NCBI GenBank assembly: GCA_963753525.1
Contig: CAVWCS010000005.1
Span: forward strand, 768,603-832,602
Origin: an uncultured Actinomycetes bacterium
Lineage (GTDB): Bacteria; Actinomycetota; Thermoleophilia; Gaiellales; Gaiellaceae
Length of the DNA: 64,000 nt
Direction: 5' to 3'
Shown: positions 9,998 to 23,163 of the stretch, in pieces
Position numbering within the stretch: position 1 is the stretch's first letter
How the letters are laid out: each line of letters opens with the position of its first letter
Made by a program: the position numbers and the translations under genes
Notes under the pieces: generated by a model
Seen by the model: the letters and a program-made list of their open reading frames with translations, nothing else
What the model was told of the DNA's origin: nothing
Database searches by the model: none

Positions 9998-10020
9998 CGC
10001 GCACGGCTCAGCCGTGCGCG
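9998..10020 (+). terminator. Perfect 10-bp GC hairpin (CGCGCACGGC-TCA-GCCGTGCGCG) followed by TGTTT, 8 nt after the map stop
   Basis: Read directly from the sequence. The U-tract is weak, so this may be a partial terminator, an attenuator or an RNA-processing structure between map and infA. Confidence 0.3.
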
Positions 10021-10055
10021 TGTTTACGTCTCAACTCCGCTCCACTGAAGGGAAT

Positions 10056-10277
10056 TTGCCTACCAAGGAAGAGAAGATCGAGGTCGAAGGCGAGGTCGTC
10101 GAAGCGCTCCCGAGCACGATGTTCCGGGTGCAGCTCGACGGGGGCCATGCCGTGCTCGCGACCATCTCCGGAAAGATGCGGAAGCACTACATTCGCATCC
10201 TTCCGGGCGACAAGGTCAAGGTCGAGCTCAGCCCCTACGACCTCAGCCGCGGCCGGATCACCTACCGGCACAGGTAA
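10056..10277 (+). CDS. infA: Translation initiation factor IF-1
   Basis: The C-terminal 73 aa of ORF 10014-10277 read (L/M)[75 protein letters not shown] 10014 lies inside the preceding hairpin, so TTG 10056 is preferred. The start is uncertain. Confidence 0.9.
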   Translation: MPTKEEKIEVEGEVVEALPSTMFRVQLDGGHAVLATISGKMRKHYIRILPGDKVKVELSPYDLSRGRITYRHR

Positions 10278-10283
10278 CTCATC

Positions 10284-10397
10284 ATGAAAGTCCGTCCTTC
10301 CGTCAAGCCCATGTGCGAGCGCTGCCGCGTCATCAAGCGGCACGGTACGACCATGGTCATCTGCACCAACCCTCGTCACAAGCAGAGGCAGGGGTAA
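10284..10397 (+). CDS. rpmJ: 50S ribosomal protein L36 (Cys-containing zinc form)
   Basis: 37 aa translated by hand: [37 protein letters not shown]. Lies between infA and rpsM as expected. Confidence 0.93.
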   Translation: MKVRPSVKPMCERCRVIKRHGTTMVICTNPRHKQRQG

Positions 10398-10404
10398 CCG
10401 AGTA

Positions 10405-10779
10405 ATGGCACGCATCGCTGGAGTCAACCTTCCGAACCAGAAGCGGCTCGAGATCGGGCTGACGTACATCTACGGGATCGGCCAGCCGACGGCGCGCAAG
10501 GTTGCGATCGCGCTCGGCCTCGACCCCGACACGAAGATCAAGGACCTCACCGACGACGAGGTCACAAAGCTCCGCACGTACATCGACGCCGAGCTCGAGG
10601 TCGAGGGCGATCTCCGGCGCGATCGGCAGCAGGCGATCAAGCGCCTCTCCGAGATCGGCGCCTATCGCGGGGTCCGCCACCGTCGCGGCTTGCCGGTGAA
10701 CGGCCAGCGGACGAAGACGAACGCGCGCAGCCGCAAGGGCCCGAAGAAGACCGTCGGACGCGGGAAGAAGGCGACCTAA
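10405..10779 (+). CDS. rpsM: 30S ribosomal protein S13
   Basis: 124 aa, [26 protein letters not shown]...[26 protein letters not shown], canonical S13. Confidence 0.97.
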   Translation: MARIAGVNLPNQKRLEIGLTYIYGIGQPTARKVAIALGLDPDTKIKDLTDDEVTKLRTYIDAELEVEGDLRRDRQQAIKRLSEIGAYRGVRHRRGLPVNGQRTKTNARSRKGPKKTVGRGKKAT

Positions 10780-10780
10780 C

Positions 10781-11189
10781 GTGGCGCCTCCCCGCAGAGC
10801 AGCGGCCGCAAGGGGCCGCACCCGCCGCCGGGTCCGCAAGAACATCGCCATCGGCCAGGCGCACATCAAGACGAGCTTCAACAACACGATCGTCGCGCTC
10901 ACCGACAAGGAGGGCAACGTCATCGCGTGGGAGTCCGCCGGCTCGGCCGGGCTTCAAGGGCTCGCGCAAGTCGACGCCGTTCGCGGCGCAGGTGACCGCC
11001 GACGCCGCCGCGCGCAAGGGGATGGAGCACGGCCTCCAGAAGGTCGAGGTCTTCGTCAAGGGGCCGGGCTCGGGCCGCGAGACCGCGATCCGCTCGCTCC
11101 AGGCCGCCGGCCTCGAGATCCTGTCCGTCAAGGACGTCACGCCGCAGGCGCACAACGGCGTCCGCCCGCGCAAGCGGAGGCGGGTCTAG
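10781..11189 (+). CDS. rpsK: 30S ribosomal protein S11; one apparent +1 frame break near 10952
   Basis: Frame 2 reads ...[39 protein letters not shown]. The conserved continuation is in frame 0 (ORF 10992-11189 region): [78 protein letters not shown]. The raw sequence GCCGGGCTTCAAGGGC has one nt too many. The gene length is 3n+1. Confidence 0.9.
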
Positions 11190-11809
11190 TGGCTCGCGAT
11201 CTCGGTCCGAAGTGCCGCATCTGCCGCCGCGAGGGGATGAAGCTCTTCCTCAAGGGCGAGCGCTGCCTGACGGAGAAGTGCGCGATCGAGCGCCGCTCGT
11301 ATCCGCCGGGTGAGCACGGCCGCGGCCGCATCAAGCAGAGCGAGTACCTGCTGCAGCTGCGCGAGAAGCAGAAGGCGCGCCGCTACTACGGCCTGCTCGA
11401 GAAGCAGTTCCGCACCTACTACGAGAAGGCCGCGAAGGGCACCGGCGTGACCGGCGAGGAGCTGCTGCGGATGCTCGAGACGCGGCTCGACAACGTCGTC
11501 TACCGGCTCGGCTTCGCCGCCTCGCGCGCGCAGGCCCGTCAGCTCGTGCGCCACGGCCACTTCCAGGTCAACGGCCGCCGAGTCAACATTCCGAGCTACC
11601 AGGTGCGGCCGAACGACATCGTCACCGTGCCGCCCAGCTCGTCGGCGCAGCAGGTGATTCGCGACGCAACCGATCTCGTCTCGACGGTCGCTCCTTGGCT
11701 TCAGGCCGATCACGACGGACTCACGGGCAAGGTGCTGAAGCAGCCCGAGCGCGCCGAGATCGACACGCCTGTCCAGGAGCAGCTCATCGTCGAGCTCTAC
11801 TCGAAGTAA
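11189..11809 (+). CDS. rpsD: 30S ribosomal protein S4
   Basis: GTG 11189 overlaps the rpsK TAG. The protein reads [47 protein letters not shown]...; it is the tail of ORF 10781-11809. Confidence 0.95.
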   Translation: MARDLGPKCRICRREGMKLFLKGERCLTEKCAIERRSYPPGEHGRGRIKQSEYLLQLREKQKARRYYGLLEKQFRTYYEKAAKGTGVTGEELLRMLETRLDNVVYRLGFAASRAQARQLVRHGHFQVNGRRVNIPSYQVRPNDIVTVPPSSSAQQVIRDATDLVSTVAPWLQADHDGLTGKVLKQPERAEIDTPVQEQLIVELYSK

Positions 11810-11843
11810 CGGAAAGAGGGAATCCGCTTGGCAACTACGAGCG

Positions 11844-12822
11844 ATGAACTTCCAGATCCCGAAGATCGTCCACGAGGAAGTCGACGACCATCGCGGGGTC
11901 TTCGCAATCGAGCCGCTCGACCGCGGCTTCGGCTACACGTTCGGCAACTCGCTCCGGCGCGTGCTGCTCTCGGTCGCTCGAGGGCGCAGCGGTCACCTCG
12001 GTCAAGGTCGAGGGGACGGCGCACGAGTTCACGACGCTGCCGGGCGTCCGCGAGGACGTCACCGACATCATCCTCAACCTCAAGAACCTCATCGCGCGTC
12101 TCCACGGCGAGTCGCCCGAGATCGAGGTGCACATCGCGAAGAAGGGCCCGGGCGTCGTCACGGCCGCCGACATCGAGGCGCCGGCGGATCTCGAGATCCT
12201 CAACCCGGAGCTCGAGATCGCGAACCTGTCCGACAAGGGCCGGCTTGAGATCACGCTGACGATCGGTCGCGGTCGCGGCTACGCGCCGGCGGACATGAAT
12301 CGCGGCTCGCAGCACACGATCGGCGTCATCCCGATGGACTCGATCTTCTCGCCGGTGCGCCGCGTTGCGTACCAGGTCGAGGCGGCCCGTGTCGGCCAGC
12401 GCACCGACTACGACAAGCTGACGATCGACATCACGACCGACGGCTCGGTCGATCCGAAGGACGCGCTCGGCGAGGCTGCCGAGATCCTCATCCGCCAGCT
12501 CGCGATCTTCACCGACCTCGACCGCATGGAGGGCTTCGGCGAGGCTGCGCCGATCGAGGGCGGTGCCACTCCCGAGACCGCGCTCGCGCACGGGATGGAG
12601 AACTTCCCGATCGAGGAGCTCGAGCTCGGCGTCCGCTCGTACAACTGCCTCAAGCGGGTCGGCATCGAGACGATCGGCGACCTCGTTATGAAGAGCGAGC
12701 AGGAGCTGGCCGCGATCCCGAACTTCGGCAAGAAGTCGATCGAGGAAGTGCGCGACACGCTCGCGCAGCACGGCCTCCACCTGCGCGGCGAGAACGGCTC
12801 CGGCGGCTTTCCGGAGGCCTGA
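11844..12822 (+). CDS. rpoA: DNA-directed RNA polymerase subunit alpha; one apparent +1 frame break near 11973
   Basis: ORF 11844-12248 starts [43 protein letters not shown] and then becomes nonsense. The next frame continues [39 protein letters not shown]...[10 protein letters not shown]... into ORF 12127-12822. The raw sequence CTCTCGGTCGCTCGAG has one extra G. The gene length is 3n+1. Confidence 0.92.
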
Positions 12823-13193
12823 TGCGTCACGCACGGACAGGGAAGAAGCTCGGCCGCGACTCGTCGCACCGCAAAGCTCTGTACTCGAACCTGACGTGCT
12901 CGCTCATCGAGCACGGCCGGATTCGCACGACAGAGGCCAAGGCGAAGGCCGTCAAGCCGTTCGCCGAGCAGATGATCACGCTTGGCCGGCGTGGCGACCT
13001 CCACGCGCGCCGGCAGGCACTCGCCGAGCTTCGCTCCCAGGAGGTCGTCCACAAGCTGTTCGCGGACGTCGGTCCGCGGATGGCCGACCGTCCCGGCGGC
13101 TACTCACGCATCGTCAAGCTCGGCCATCGGCTCGGCGACGCCGCCGAGATGGTCTACCTCGAGCTCGTCGACTTCGATCCGGCCGGGCGCTAG
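12822..13193 (+). CDS. rplQ: 50S ribosomal protein L17
   Basis: 123 aa, [44 protein letters not shown]..., canonical L17. ATGA-type overlap with rpoA. Confidence 0.96.
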   Translation: MRHARTGKKLGRDSSHRKALYSNLTCSLIEHGRIRTTEAKAKAVKPFAEQMITLGRRGDLHARRQALAELRSQEVVHKLFADVGPRMADRPGGYSRIVKLGHRLGDAAEMVYLELVDFDPAGR

Positions 13194-13196
13194 CTC

Positions 13197-13688
13197 TCAG
13201 CCGCCGGGCGTTCCGAGCAGCGATCCGAGACCGGCGCTGATGGTCGCGATCAGGATTCCTGCAAAGGTCACGATCCCGAGCGCTCGCACGAACGTGTCGG
13301 AGAAGAAGCGGTAGCGGAAGTACGCGAGCATCAGCAACTCGAACGCCACGACCGCGACGGCGAAGATCAACGCGACGTGGTAGTTGGCGATGAGGAACGG
13401 CAGCGAGTGGAGAATGCCGCCGACGAACGTGCCGCCTCCCGTGATGGCGCCGCGCGCCCACGGGCTTCCCCGGCCGGTCAGCTCGCCGGTGTCGGAGAGG
13501 CCTTCGGAGAACCCCATCGAGATCGCCGCGCCGAGTGACGTCGCGAGACCGGCGATGAACGCGTAGCGCGTGTCATGCGAGGCGAGCACGACTGCGAAGA
13601 TCGGGGCGAGCGTGGACAGCGAACCGTCGATCAGCCCGACCATGGCCGGCTGCACGCGCTGCAGGAGGAACTTGTGCTCGTCCGACAT
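13197..13688 (-). CDS. Small integral membrane protein, VIT1/CCC1-like (iron/manganese transporter family) - tentative
   Basis: 163 aa with motifs GLIDGSLSTLAPIFA and AISMGFSEGLSD plus several hydrophobic helices. The resemblance to the VIT family is from memory only. Confidence 0.5.
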   Translation of the reverse strand: MSDEHKFLLQRVQPAMVGLIDGSLSTLAPIFAVVLASHDTRYAFIAGLATSLGAAISMGFSEGLSDTGELTGRGSPWARGAITGGGTFVGGILHSLPFLIANYHVALIFAVAVVAFELLMLAYFRYRFFSDTFVRALGIVTFAGILIATISAGLGSLLGTPGG

Positions 13689-13766
13689 CGACTAGAGTGT
13701 ATCAACCATTGTGCAATGAGTTAGAGCATAAGGAAGTCCTGACAAGCGCGGTCAGGGTCTCCTGAC

Positions 13767-14488
13767 GTGCGCCTCATCTTGACGCTCGAGTACGACGGTA
13801 CGCCCTTCTACGGTTGGGCGGCGCAGCCGGGGCGCCCGACGGTCGAGGCGGCGCTGCGACAGTCCCTCGGCGAGACGTTCTCCTCCGTAGAGAATCTCGC
13901 TGTCGCGGGGCGGACGGACGCCGGTGTCCATGCGCTCGGCCAGGTCGTGTCCGCCGACGTCGAGGGAGGACCGCCGACGGATCGGGCGGCAGCGGCGCTC
14001 AATTCGCGCCTGCCGGACGAAATGGCCGTCCTCGCGGCAGGCAAGGGAGCGCCGGATTTCCACGCGCGTCACTCGGCGCGCTCGCGGAACTACCGCTACC
14101 GGCTCTTCACTCGGGCGACGGCCTCGCCGTTCGAGACACGCCGTAGCTGGTGGGTGCCGCGCCCGCTCGACGAGGACGCGCTCGGCGCAGCCGCAGCGGC
14201 GATCGTCGGCGAGCACGACTTCCGCGCCTTCACCCCGACGCAGACGCGGCATTCGATCTTCGTCCGGACGGTCGAGCGGGCGGAGTGGATCCGGCGCGGC
14301 GACCACCTCGACTTCGAGATCACCGCGAACAGCTACCTCCGGCACATGGTGCGGAGCCTCGTCGGGACGATGCTCGAGGCGCCGGAGACGATCGCGGGCC
14401 TGCTCGATGGGCGCCCGCGCTCGGAGGCCGGCGCGACGGCGCCGCCGTGGGGGCTCTACCTGGTGTCCGTTGCCTACGATCAGCCGCA

Positions 14489-14492
<4 letters not shown>
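13767..14492 (+). CDS. truA: tRNA pseudouridine(38-40) synthase TruA
   Basis: 241 aa, [22 protein letters not shown]...[16 protein letters not shown]...[10 protein letters not shown]. The catalytic Asp motif GRTDAGVHA is present. Confidence 0.93.
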
Positions 14493-18334
<3,842 letters not shown>

Positions 18335-18356
18335 GCCGCCTAGTCTCGCGCGCAGC

Positions 18357-19043
18357 TCAGACGATTCCCGAGCGGACGGCGTACACCGCCGCTTGGATCC
18401 GGTTGTCGATCTGGAGCTTCATGAGGATGTTCGAGATGTGGTTCTTGACCGTCTTCGGGCTGATGTGAAGCTCCGCCGCGATGAGCGCGTTGTCCTGGCC
18501 GGCCGCGATGAGTTTCAGCACCTCGATCTCGCGGTCGGAGAGCTCGGTGCGGATGAGCGCCTCGATCCCCGAGTGCGCGCTCGTCGCGCGGACGCGCTGG
18601 AGCACCTTCCCGGCGATGTGCGGGGAGATGAGCGCCTCGCCGCGCGCCGCGGCCCGAATCCCCGCGACGAGCTCCTGGATCGAGGCATCCTTCAGGAGAT
18701 AGCCGCACGCGCCGGCGAGGATCGCGTCGGTGACGTCGCTGTCCTCGTCGGAGACGGTCAGCATCACGACGCGCGTGAGCGGTGCGATCTCCGCGATGTG
18801 CCGGGTCGCCTCGACGCCGCCCATCCCCGGCATGTTGAGATCCATCACGACGACGTCGGGCGAGAGGTCGCCGACTTGCGCGACAGCCTCGGCTCCGGTA
18901 GCCGCCTCACCGACGATCTCGAGCCCCTGTTCCTCGAGGAGACTCCGCAGGCCGGTGCGGAACAGATCCTGGTCGTCGACGAGGAGCACGCGAAGCGTCT
19001 CCGCCGACCGCGTCTCCTCCTCCGTTCCGATGTGCGCCGCCAC
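18357..19043 (-). CDS. NarL/FixJ (LuxR-type HTH) response regulator
   Basis: 228 aa with RVLLVDDQDLFR...VVVMDLNMPGMGG in the receiver domain. The C-terminus reads LSDREIEVLKLIAAGQDNALIAAELHISPKTVKNHISNIL. No histidine kinase gene lies adjacent. Confidence 0.92.
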   Translation of the reverse strand: MAAHIGTEEETRSAETLRVLLVDDQDLFRTGLRSLLEEQGLEIVGEAATGAEAVAQVGDLSPDVVVMDLNMPGMGGVEATRHIAEIAPLTRVVMLTVSDEDSDVTDAILAGACGYLLKDASIQELVAGIRAAARGEALISPHIAGKVLQRVRATSAHSGIEALIRTELSDREIEVLKLIAAGQDNALIAAELHISPKTVKNHISNILMKLQIDNRIQAAVYAVRSGIV

Positions 19044-19076
19044 CGCGAACCCCCTTCCGCGCGGCGAAGTGTAGAG

Positions 19077-20132
19077 CTAATAGATCGTGATCGTCACGGT
19101 GCGCCGGCCCCACTTGGCGCACTGCGCGTACGTCGAGTACCAGAGGTCGATGATCTTGCCCTTGATCCCGCCGCCGACATCGGCAGCGATGCCCTTCCCG
19201 TAGCCGGGGATGTAGAGCCGGGTGCCGAGCGGGATGACGGTCGGGTCGACGGCGACGATGCCGGGCCCGACCGGTAGGCCGCTCGCCGTGGTCCCCTTGA
19301 GGATGTAACACGTCGCGCTCACAACCATCTTCCGGCCGCCCTTGGGCGGCGGCTGGGGCGGTGGGGTGTGACCGTGCCCGAGCTTCCGGGACTTCTGGAC
19401 CGCGGACTGTGCGCTCGAAAGCAGGCCCGCGGCCTCGGCTGCGCCCGCGCCGGCGCGGATGGACGCGACATACGACGACTTGCTCGTGGCGGTGCTCGTG
19501 AGGCTCTGCTCGGCCGCGCGTGCGGAGGCGAGCGAGCGCGCCAGCCGCTTAGCGCCGGTGGTGAGCGATCGCCGCGCGCGGAACAGCCGGCGCTCGGCGG
19601 CGCGGGTCGTGGCGACGACCCGCGTGCTCTCGGCGGCGCTTCGTGTGAGGTCGTCGAGCTCTCGCAGGCCCTTCCCGAGGGACGCGGCACCGAACACGAC
19701 CGCGACCGGATCGACCTCGCCCTGTTCGTAGAGCGTCCGGAGCTGGAGAGCCAGCTGCCGCTGCGAGGCGGCGAGCGTGGCGCGTGCGGCACGCAGTTCC
19801 GAACGAAGCGCCCTGCGTTCCCGCCGGAGTTTCGCGGCCTCCGTCGCGAGGTACGCGACGCGGGCTTGCGATGCCTGGAGGCGGCTGTCGAGCGCGTAGA
19901 GCTCGAGCAACGCCTGGTGCTCCCGGCTACCGCGGCTCGAGGTGGCCACGGCCGGGTGGACCGTCTGCGAGGCGAGCGCGGAGGACGCTGCGACGAGTCC
20001 GACGACGAGGGACAGGCCCGCAAGCCGGGCCGTCCGTGATCTGTTTCGCCCTGCCACGACTGCGCGGACCGTAACCGAATCCGAACCTTGTGCGGACCCC
20101 TGTCCGCGGGCGTGCGAAACGCTTTGTGCCAA
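19077..20132 (-). CDS. Secreted coiled-coil protein with C-terminal 3D (MltA/YabE-like double-psi barrel) muralytic domain
   Basis: 351 aa with signal peptide RTARLAGLSLVVGLVAASSALA. A long coiled-coil region follows. The C-terminus reads GIVAVDPTVIPLGTRLYIPGYGKGIAADVGGGIKGKIIDLW, the 3D-domain signature. The true start may be GTG near 20057. Confidence 0.8.
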   Translation of the reverse strand: MAQSVSHARGQGSAQGSDSVTVRAVVAGRNRSRTARLAGLSLVVGLVAASSALASQTVHPAVATSSRGSREHQALLELYALDSRLQASQARVAYLATEAAKLRRERRALRSELRAARATLAASQRQLALQLRTLYEQGEVDPVAVVFGAASLGKGLRELDDLTRSAAESTRVVATTRAAERRLFRARRSLTTGAKRLARSLASARAAEQSLTSTATSKSSYVASIRAGAGAAEAAGLLSSAQSAVQKSRKLGHGHTPPPQPPPKGGRKMVVSATCYILKGTTASGLPVGPGIVAVDPTVIPLGTRLYIPGYGKGIAADVGGGIKGKIIDLWYSTYAQCAKWGRRTVTITIY

Positions 20133-20198
20133 ATTGCAGCAGTTTCCGGCGTGGTTGTCCGTACAGACGTCTGCCCGCGCTGTTATTGTCCTGAGCTT

Positions 20199-21302
20199 GT
20201 GACGGTCCGGAGGACGTCCATCCGCACGCTGAAGCGGCAGGTAGCGGCCTCAGCGCTGCTAGCAGGTCTGCTGTGCGTCGCAGTCGCGGCGGCGTCCGCG
20301 GCACCCCCGATCTCGGCGAAGCAAGCCGAAGCGCAGCGCGTTCTCGCGCAGCTCCAGCAGCTCGACTCGGCCGCGCAGGTCGCGAGCAGCCGCTACCAGC
20401 TGGCCACCGCCAAGCTGCAGCTCCTCCAGCAGCGACTCTCGGAGAACAAGCAGGCGCTCGGCGTCGCGCGCGTCAACCTCGGCGCTGCGCAGAAGACCTT
20501 GGCGCAGCGGCTCGTCGCGATGTACACGTCGCAGGACAGCCAGTCGTCCCTCGCCGTCATCCTCGGCGCGAAGAGCCTCGACGACCTCGTCACCCGGCTG
20601 GAGACCATGAACACCATCACGAAGCAGGACTCGTCGCTCATCCGGCAGGTCACGTCATACGAGCGCTCGATCGTCCGCCACCGGCAGCTTCTGCACCAGG
20701 CGAGACGCTCCGTCGGCCGCCTCGTTCTCGAGCGCGCGTCCGCGAAGCGCGTGATCGATGGGAAGCTCGCCGCGGAGCAGCGGCTTTACAACTCCGTTCG
20801 CTCCGAGATTGCGCAACTCGAGGCCGCGCAGCGCGTCAACCAGCTCGCTGCGGAGCGACAGGCCGAAGGGGCGGCGCTCGCGCAGCAGACGCAGTCGGAG
20901 CTCGGCGGTGGGATCATCGACAGCGGGAATCTTCCACCCGAGCGCTACAGCGGAGCCGTCGGGATCGCGATGCAGTACCTCGGCGTGCCGTACGTCTGGG
21001 GTGGCGCGAGTCCAAGCGGTTTCGACTGCTCGGGTCTTGTGATGTACGTCTACGCGCAGCTCGGTGTCTCGCTGCCGCACTACACCGTGTCGCAGTACAA
21101 CTATCCGAACGCGGTCCACCCGTCGCGGTCGGAGCTTGAGCCGGGAGACCTCGTCTTCTTCGCCGGGCTCGGCCACGTCGGAATCTACATCGGCAACAAC
21201 GAGTTCATCCACGCGCCGCACACGGGCGCGGTCGTGAGTATTGACAGTCTCACCGGCTGGTACTCGTCCGAGTACTACGGCGCGACGCGCATCCTCGGGT
21301 AA
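20199..21302 (+). CDS. Secreted coiled-coil NlpC/P60 peptidoglycan endopeptidase (RipA/RipC/CwlO-like)
   Basis: ORF 20088-21302. GTG 20199 gives signal peptide RQVAASALLAGLLCVAVAAASA. An N-terminal coiled coil is followed by GVPYVWGGASPSGFDCSGLVMYVY...GDLVFF..LGHVGIY.GNNEFIHAP, the Cys-His NlpC/P60 core. Confidence 0.9.
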   Translation: MTVRRTSIRTLKRQVAASALLAGLLCVAVAAASAAPPISAKQAEAQRVLAQLQQLDSAAQVASSRYQLATAKLQLLQQRLSENKQALGVARVNLGAAQKTLAQRLVAMYTSQDSQSSLAVILGAKSLDDLVTRLETMNTITKQDSSLIRQVTSYERSIVRHRQLLHQARRSVGRLVLERASAKRVIDGKLAAEQRLYNSVRSEIAQLEAAQRVNQLAAERQAEGAALAQQTQSELGGGIIDSGNLPPERYSGAVGIAMQYLGVPYVWGGASPSGFDCSGLVMYVYAQLGVSLPHYTVSQYNYPNAVHPSRSELEPGDLVFFAGLGHVGIYIGNNEFIHAPHTGAVVSIDSLTGWYSSEYYGATRILG

Positions 21303-21420
21303 CGCGTCTGGCCGGCGTCGGCTCCCGCCTGGCGAAGCCCTGCTCCGCCGCCGCCTGACGTCGCTCGCTGCGGGATGCTGCGCCTCCTTTGCGAGCAACG
21401 CTCCAGACGCGGGCTACGAG

Positions 21421-23109
21421 CTAACCCGCGTAGAGCTGCTCGATCTCGGCGGCGAAGTGGTCGTGGATCACCCGGCGCCGAAGCTTGAGCGTCGGCGTTA
21501 CCTCGCCCTCCTCCAGTGAGAACTCGCGCGGAACGATCGCGAACTTCTTGATCTGCTCGACGCGGACGCGGTCGCGGTTGACCTCGTCGACCACCCCCTG
21601 CACGAGCTCCTGCGGATCGCGCCCGCTCGAGGTGACCTCGGCCTCGTCGAGGGTCAGGAGCGCGGTGACGTACGGCCGCCGGTCGCCGACGACGATCGCC
21701 TGCGAGATGAACCGTGACGACTTGAGCGCGTTCTCGAGGTTCTGCGGAGCGATGTTCTTGCCGCCCGCGGTGATGATCAGATCCTTCTTACGGTCGGTGA
21801 TCTTGAGGAAGCCGTCCGTGTCGATCTCGCCGACGTCGCCGCTCGAGAACCAGCCGTCGTCGCTCAGCACGGCCGCGGTTGCCTCGGGATCCTTGTAGTA
21901 GCCCGCGAAGATCGAGTCGCTGCGGATGAGGATCTCGCCGTCGGAGTCGAGCTTCACCTCCGTGCCCTCGACGGGCCTCCCGACCGTGCCGATCCGGAAG
22001 TCGGCCGGGTCGTTCACCGTCGCCGAGCTCGCTGTCTCCGTCAGGCCGTAGCCCTCGATGACGGGGACGCCGAGCGCGTGGAAGAACTCCATTACGTCGA
22101 CCGACAGCGGCGCCGCGCCCGAGACACCGAGCTTGAGCTTCCCCCCGAGGCGCTCGCGCACCTTGACGAAGACGAGCTTGTCGGCGAGACGGTGCTGTAG
22201 CTCGAGCCACGGGGAGGGCCGCTTGCCGTTCCGCTTCGTGCGGCTGTAGCGGGAGCCGACACCGATCGCCCAAAGGCCGATCCGGCGGCGCATGCCGCCC
22301 GCGCGTTCGATCTCGCCTAACGCGTTGGCGTGGATCTTCTCGTAGACCCGCGGGACGGCCGGCAGGATCGCCGGCTGGAGCCTTGAGAGTGCCTCGGGGA
22401 CGCGCCCCACGTCGGCGACGGCCGCGATGGTGGCGCCGCGGTGCGTGGCCCCTTGATGCGCGATACGCGCGTAGCTGTGGGCCATCGGCAGGAAGAGAAG
22501 GACGATGTCGCCCGGCTCCTGAATCCCTTCGAGCACCCGCGTTGCGGCGGTGACGAGGTTCTTGTGCGTGAGCATGCAGCCCTTTGGCGGCCCGGTCGTC
22601 CCGGACGTGTAAATCAGCGTCGCGAGGTCGTCCTCCGCCACGGGCTCCGGCTGCAGGTGCTTCGCCGAGCGACCCTCGGCCTCGATATCGCTGAGCCGGT
22701 CGAACGGGACGATCTCTCGGAGCGCAGGCAGCGAGCCGCGCACGGAGACGAGCTTCCGCGCCTGCTCGTCATTCTCCGCGAAGGCGAGCACGGTCTCGGA
22801 GTGCTCGAGCACGTACGCGCACTCCTTCGCCGAGCTAGTCGGATAGAGGCCGACGACGACTGCGCCCACTGACATGATTGCCCAGTCGAGCAGGATCCAA
22901 TCGACCGACGTCCGCGACAGCACTGCGACGCAATCGCCGTGCCGCACGCCGTGCGCGAGCAGTCCGCGCGCGAGCGCGTCGATCCGTTCCGACGCGTCGT
23001 CCCAGGACACGGGGCTCCAGCCCTCCGTCCCCTCCTCGAGGTACGCGGGCGAGGCCGGCGCGTTGCCAACGGCTTCGCGCCAGAGCTCGGGCGCGGTGCG
23101 CCGCTCCAT
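21421..23109 (-). CDS. fadD: Long-chain-fatty-acid--CoA ligase (AMP-dependent synthetase, FadD15-like)
   Basis: 562 aa with IYTSGTTGPPKGCMLTHKN (AMP-binding motif I), ...GYGLTET... and ...DGWFSSGDVGEID.DGFLKITDRKKD. Confidence 0.9.
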   Translation of the reverse strand: MERRTAPELWREAVGNAPASPAYLEEGTEGWSPVSWDDASERIDALARGLLAHGVRHGDCVAVLSRTSVDWILLDWAIMSVGAVVVGLYPTSSAKECAYVLEHSETVLAFAENDEQARKLVSVRGSLPALREIVPFDRLSDIEAEGRSAKHLQPEPVAEDDLATLIYTSGTTGPPKGCMLTHKNLVTAATRVLEGIQEPGDIVLLFLPMAHSYARIAHQGATHRGATIAAVADVGRVPEALSRLQPAILPAVPRVYEKIHANALGEIERAGGMRRRIGLWAIGVGSRYSRTKRNGKRPSPWLELQHRLADKLVFVKVRERLGGKLKLGVSGAAPLSVDVMEFFHALGVPVIEGYGLTETASSATVNDPADFRIGTVGRPVEGTEVKLDSDGEILIRSDSIFAGYYKDPEATAAVLSDDGWFSSGDVGEIDTDGFLKITDRKKDLIITAGGKNIAPQNLENALKSSRFISQAIVVGDRRPYVTALLTLDEAEVTSSGRDPQELVQGVVDEVNRDRVRVEQIKKFAIVPREFSLEEGEVTPTLKLRRRVIHDHFAAEIEQLYAG

Positions 23110-23163
23110 CTGCCCATCGTAAACCGGAGGAGAACACTTCTCCGACTAGAATTCGCCTTCCCC

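Noticed and set aside
10940-10960. Programmed ribosomal frameshifting or transcriptional slippage as an explanation for the frame breaks (rpsK, rpoA, obg, rne, sucA and others).
   Set aside because: No slippery heptamers, long homopolymers or downstream pseudoknots occur at the sites. The contexts are heterogeneous. Dozens of sites cluster regionally, and almost all are +1. This pattern fits insertion-biased consensus error better.
20058-20198. A ydaO-type (c-di-AMP) riboswitch upstream of the NlpC/P60 or 3D-domain genes, as is common for actinobacterial cell-wall hydrolases.
   Set aside because: The divergent spacer is only about 65-140 nt depending on start choice. It lacks the long pseudo-symmetric ydaO architecture. 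A TATTGT hexamer 12 nt before GTG 20199 suggests a very short leader.
21303-21420. The 118-nt spacer between convergent NlpC/P60 and fadD, considered as a fourth member of the repeat family. It is bounded by TA of both stop codons. It contains CGCGTCTGG...CCAGACGCG, GCTCGCTGCGGG and TAGCTCG on the minus strand.
   Set aside because: Only short motif-level similarity. I could make no convincing end-to-end alignment and found no CCGCGC-loop hairpin. It is left as a candidate to test with a covariance model.
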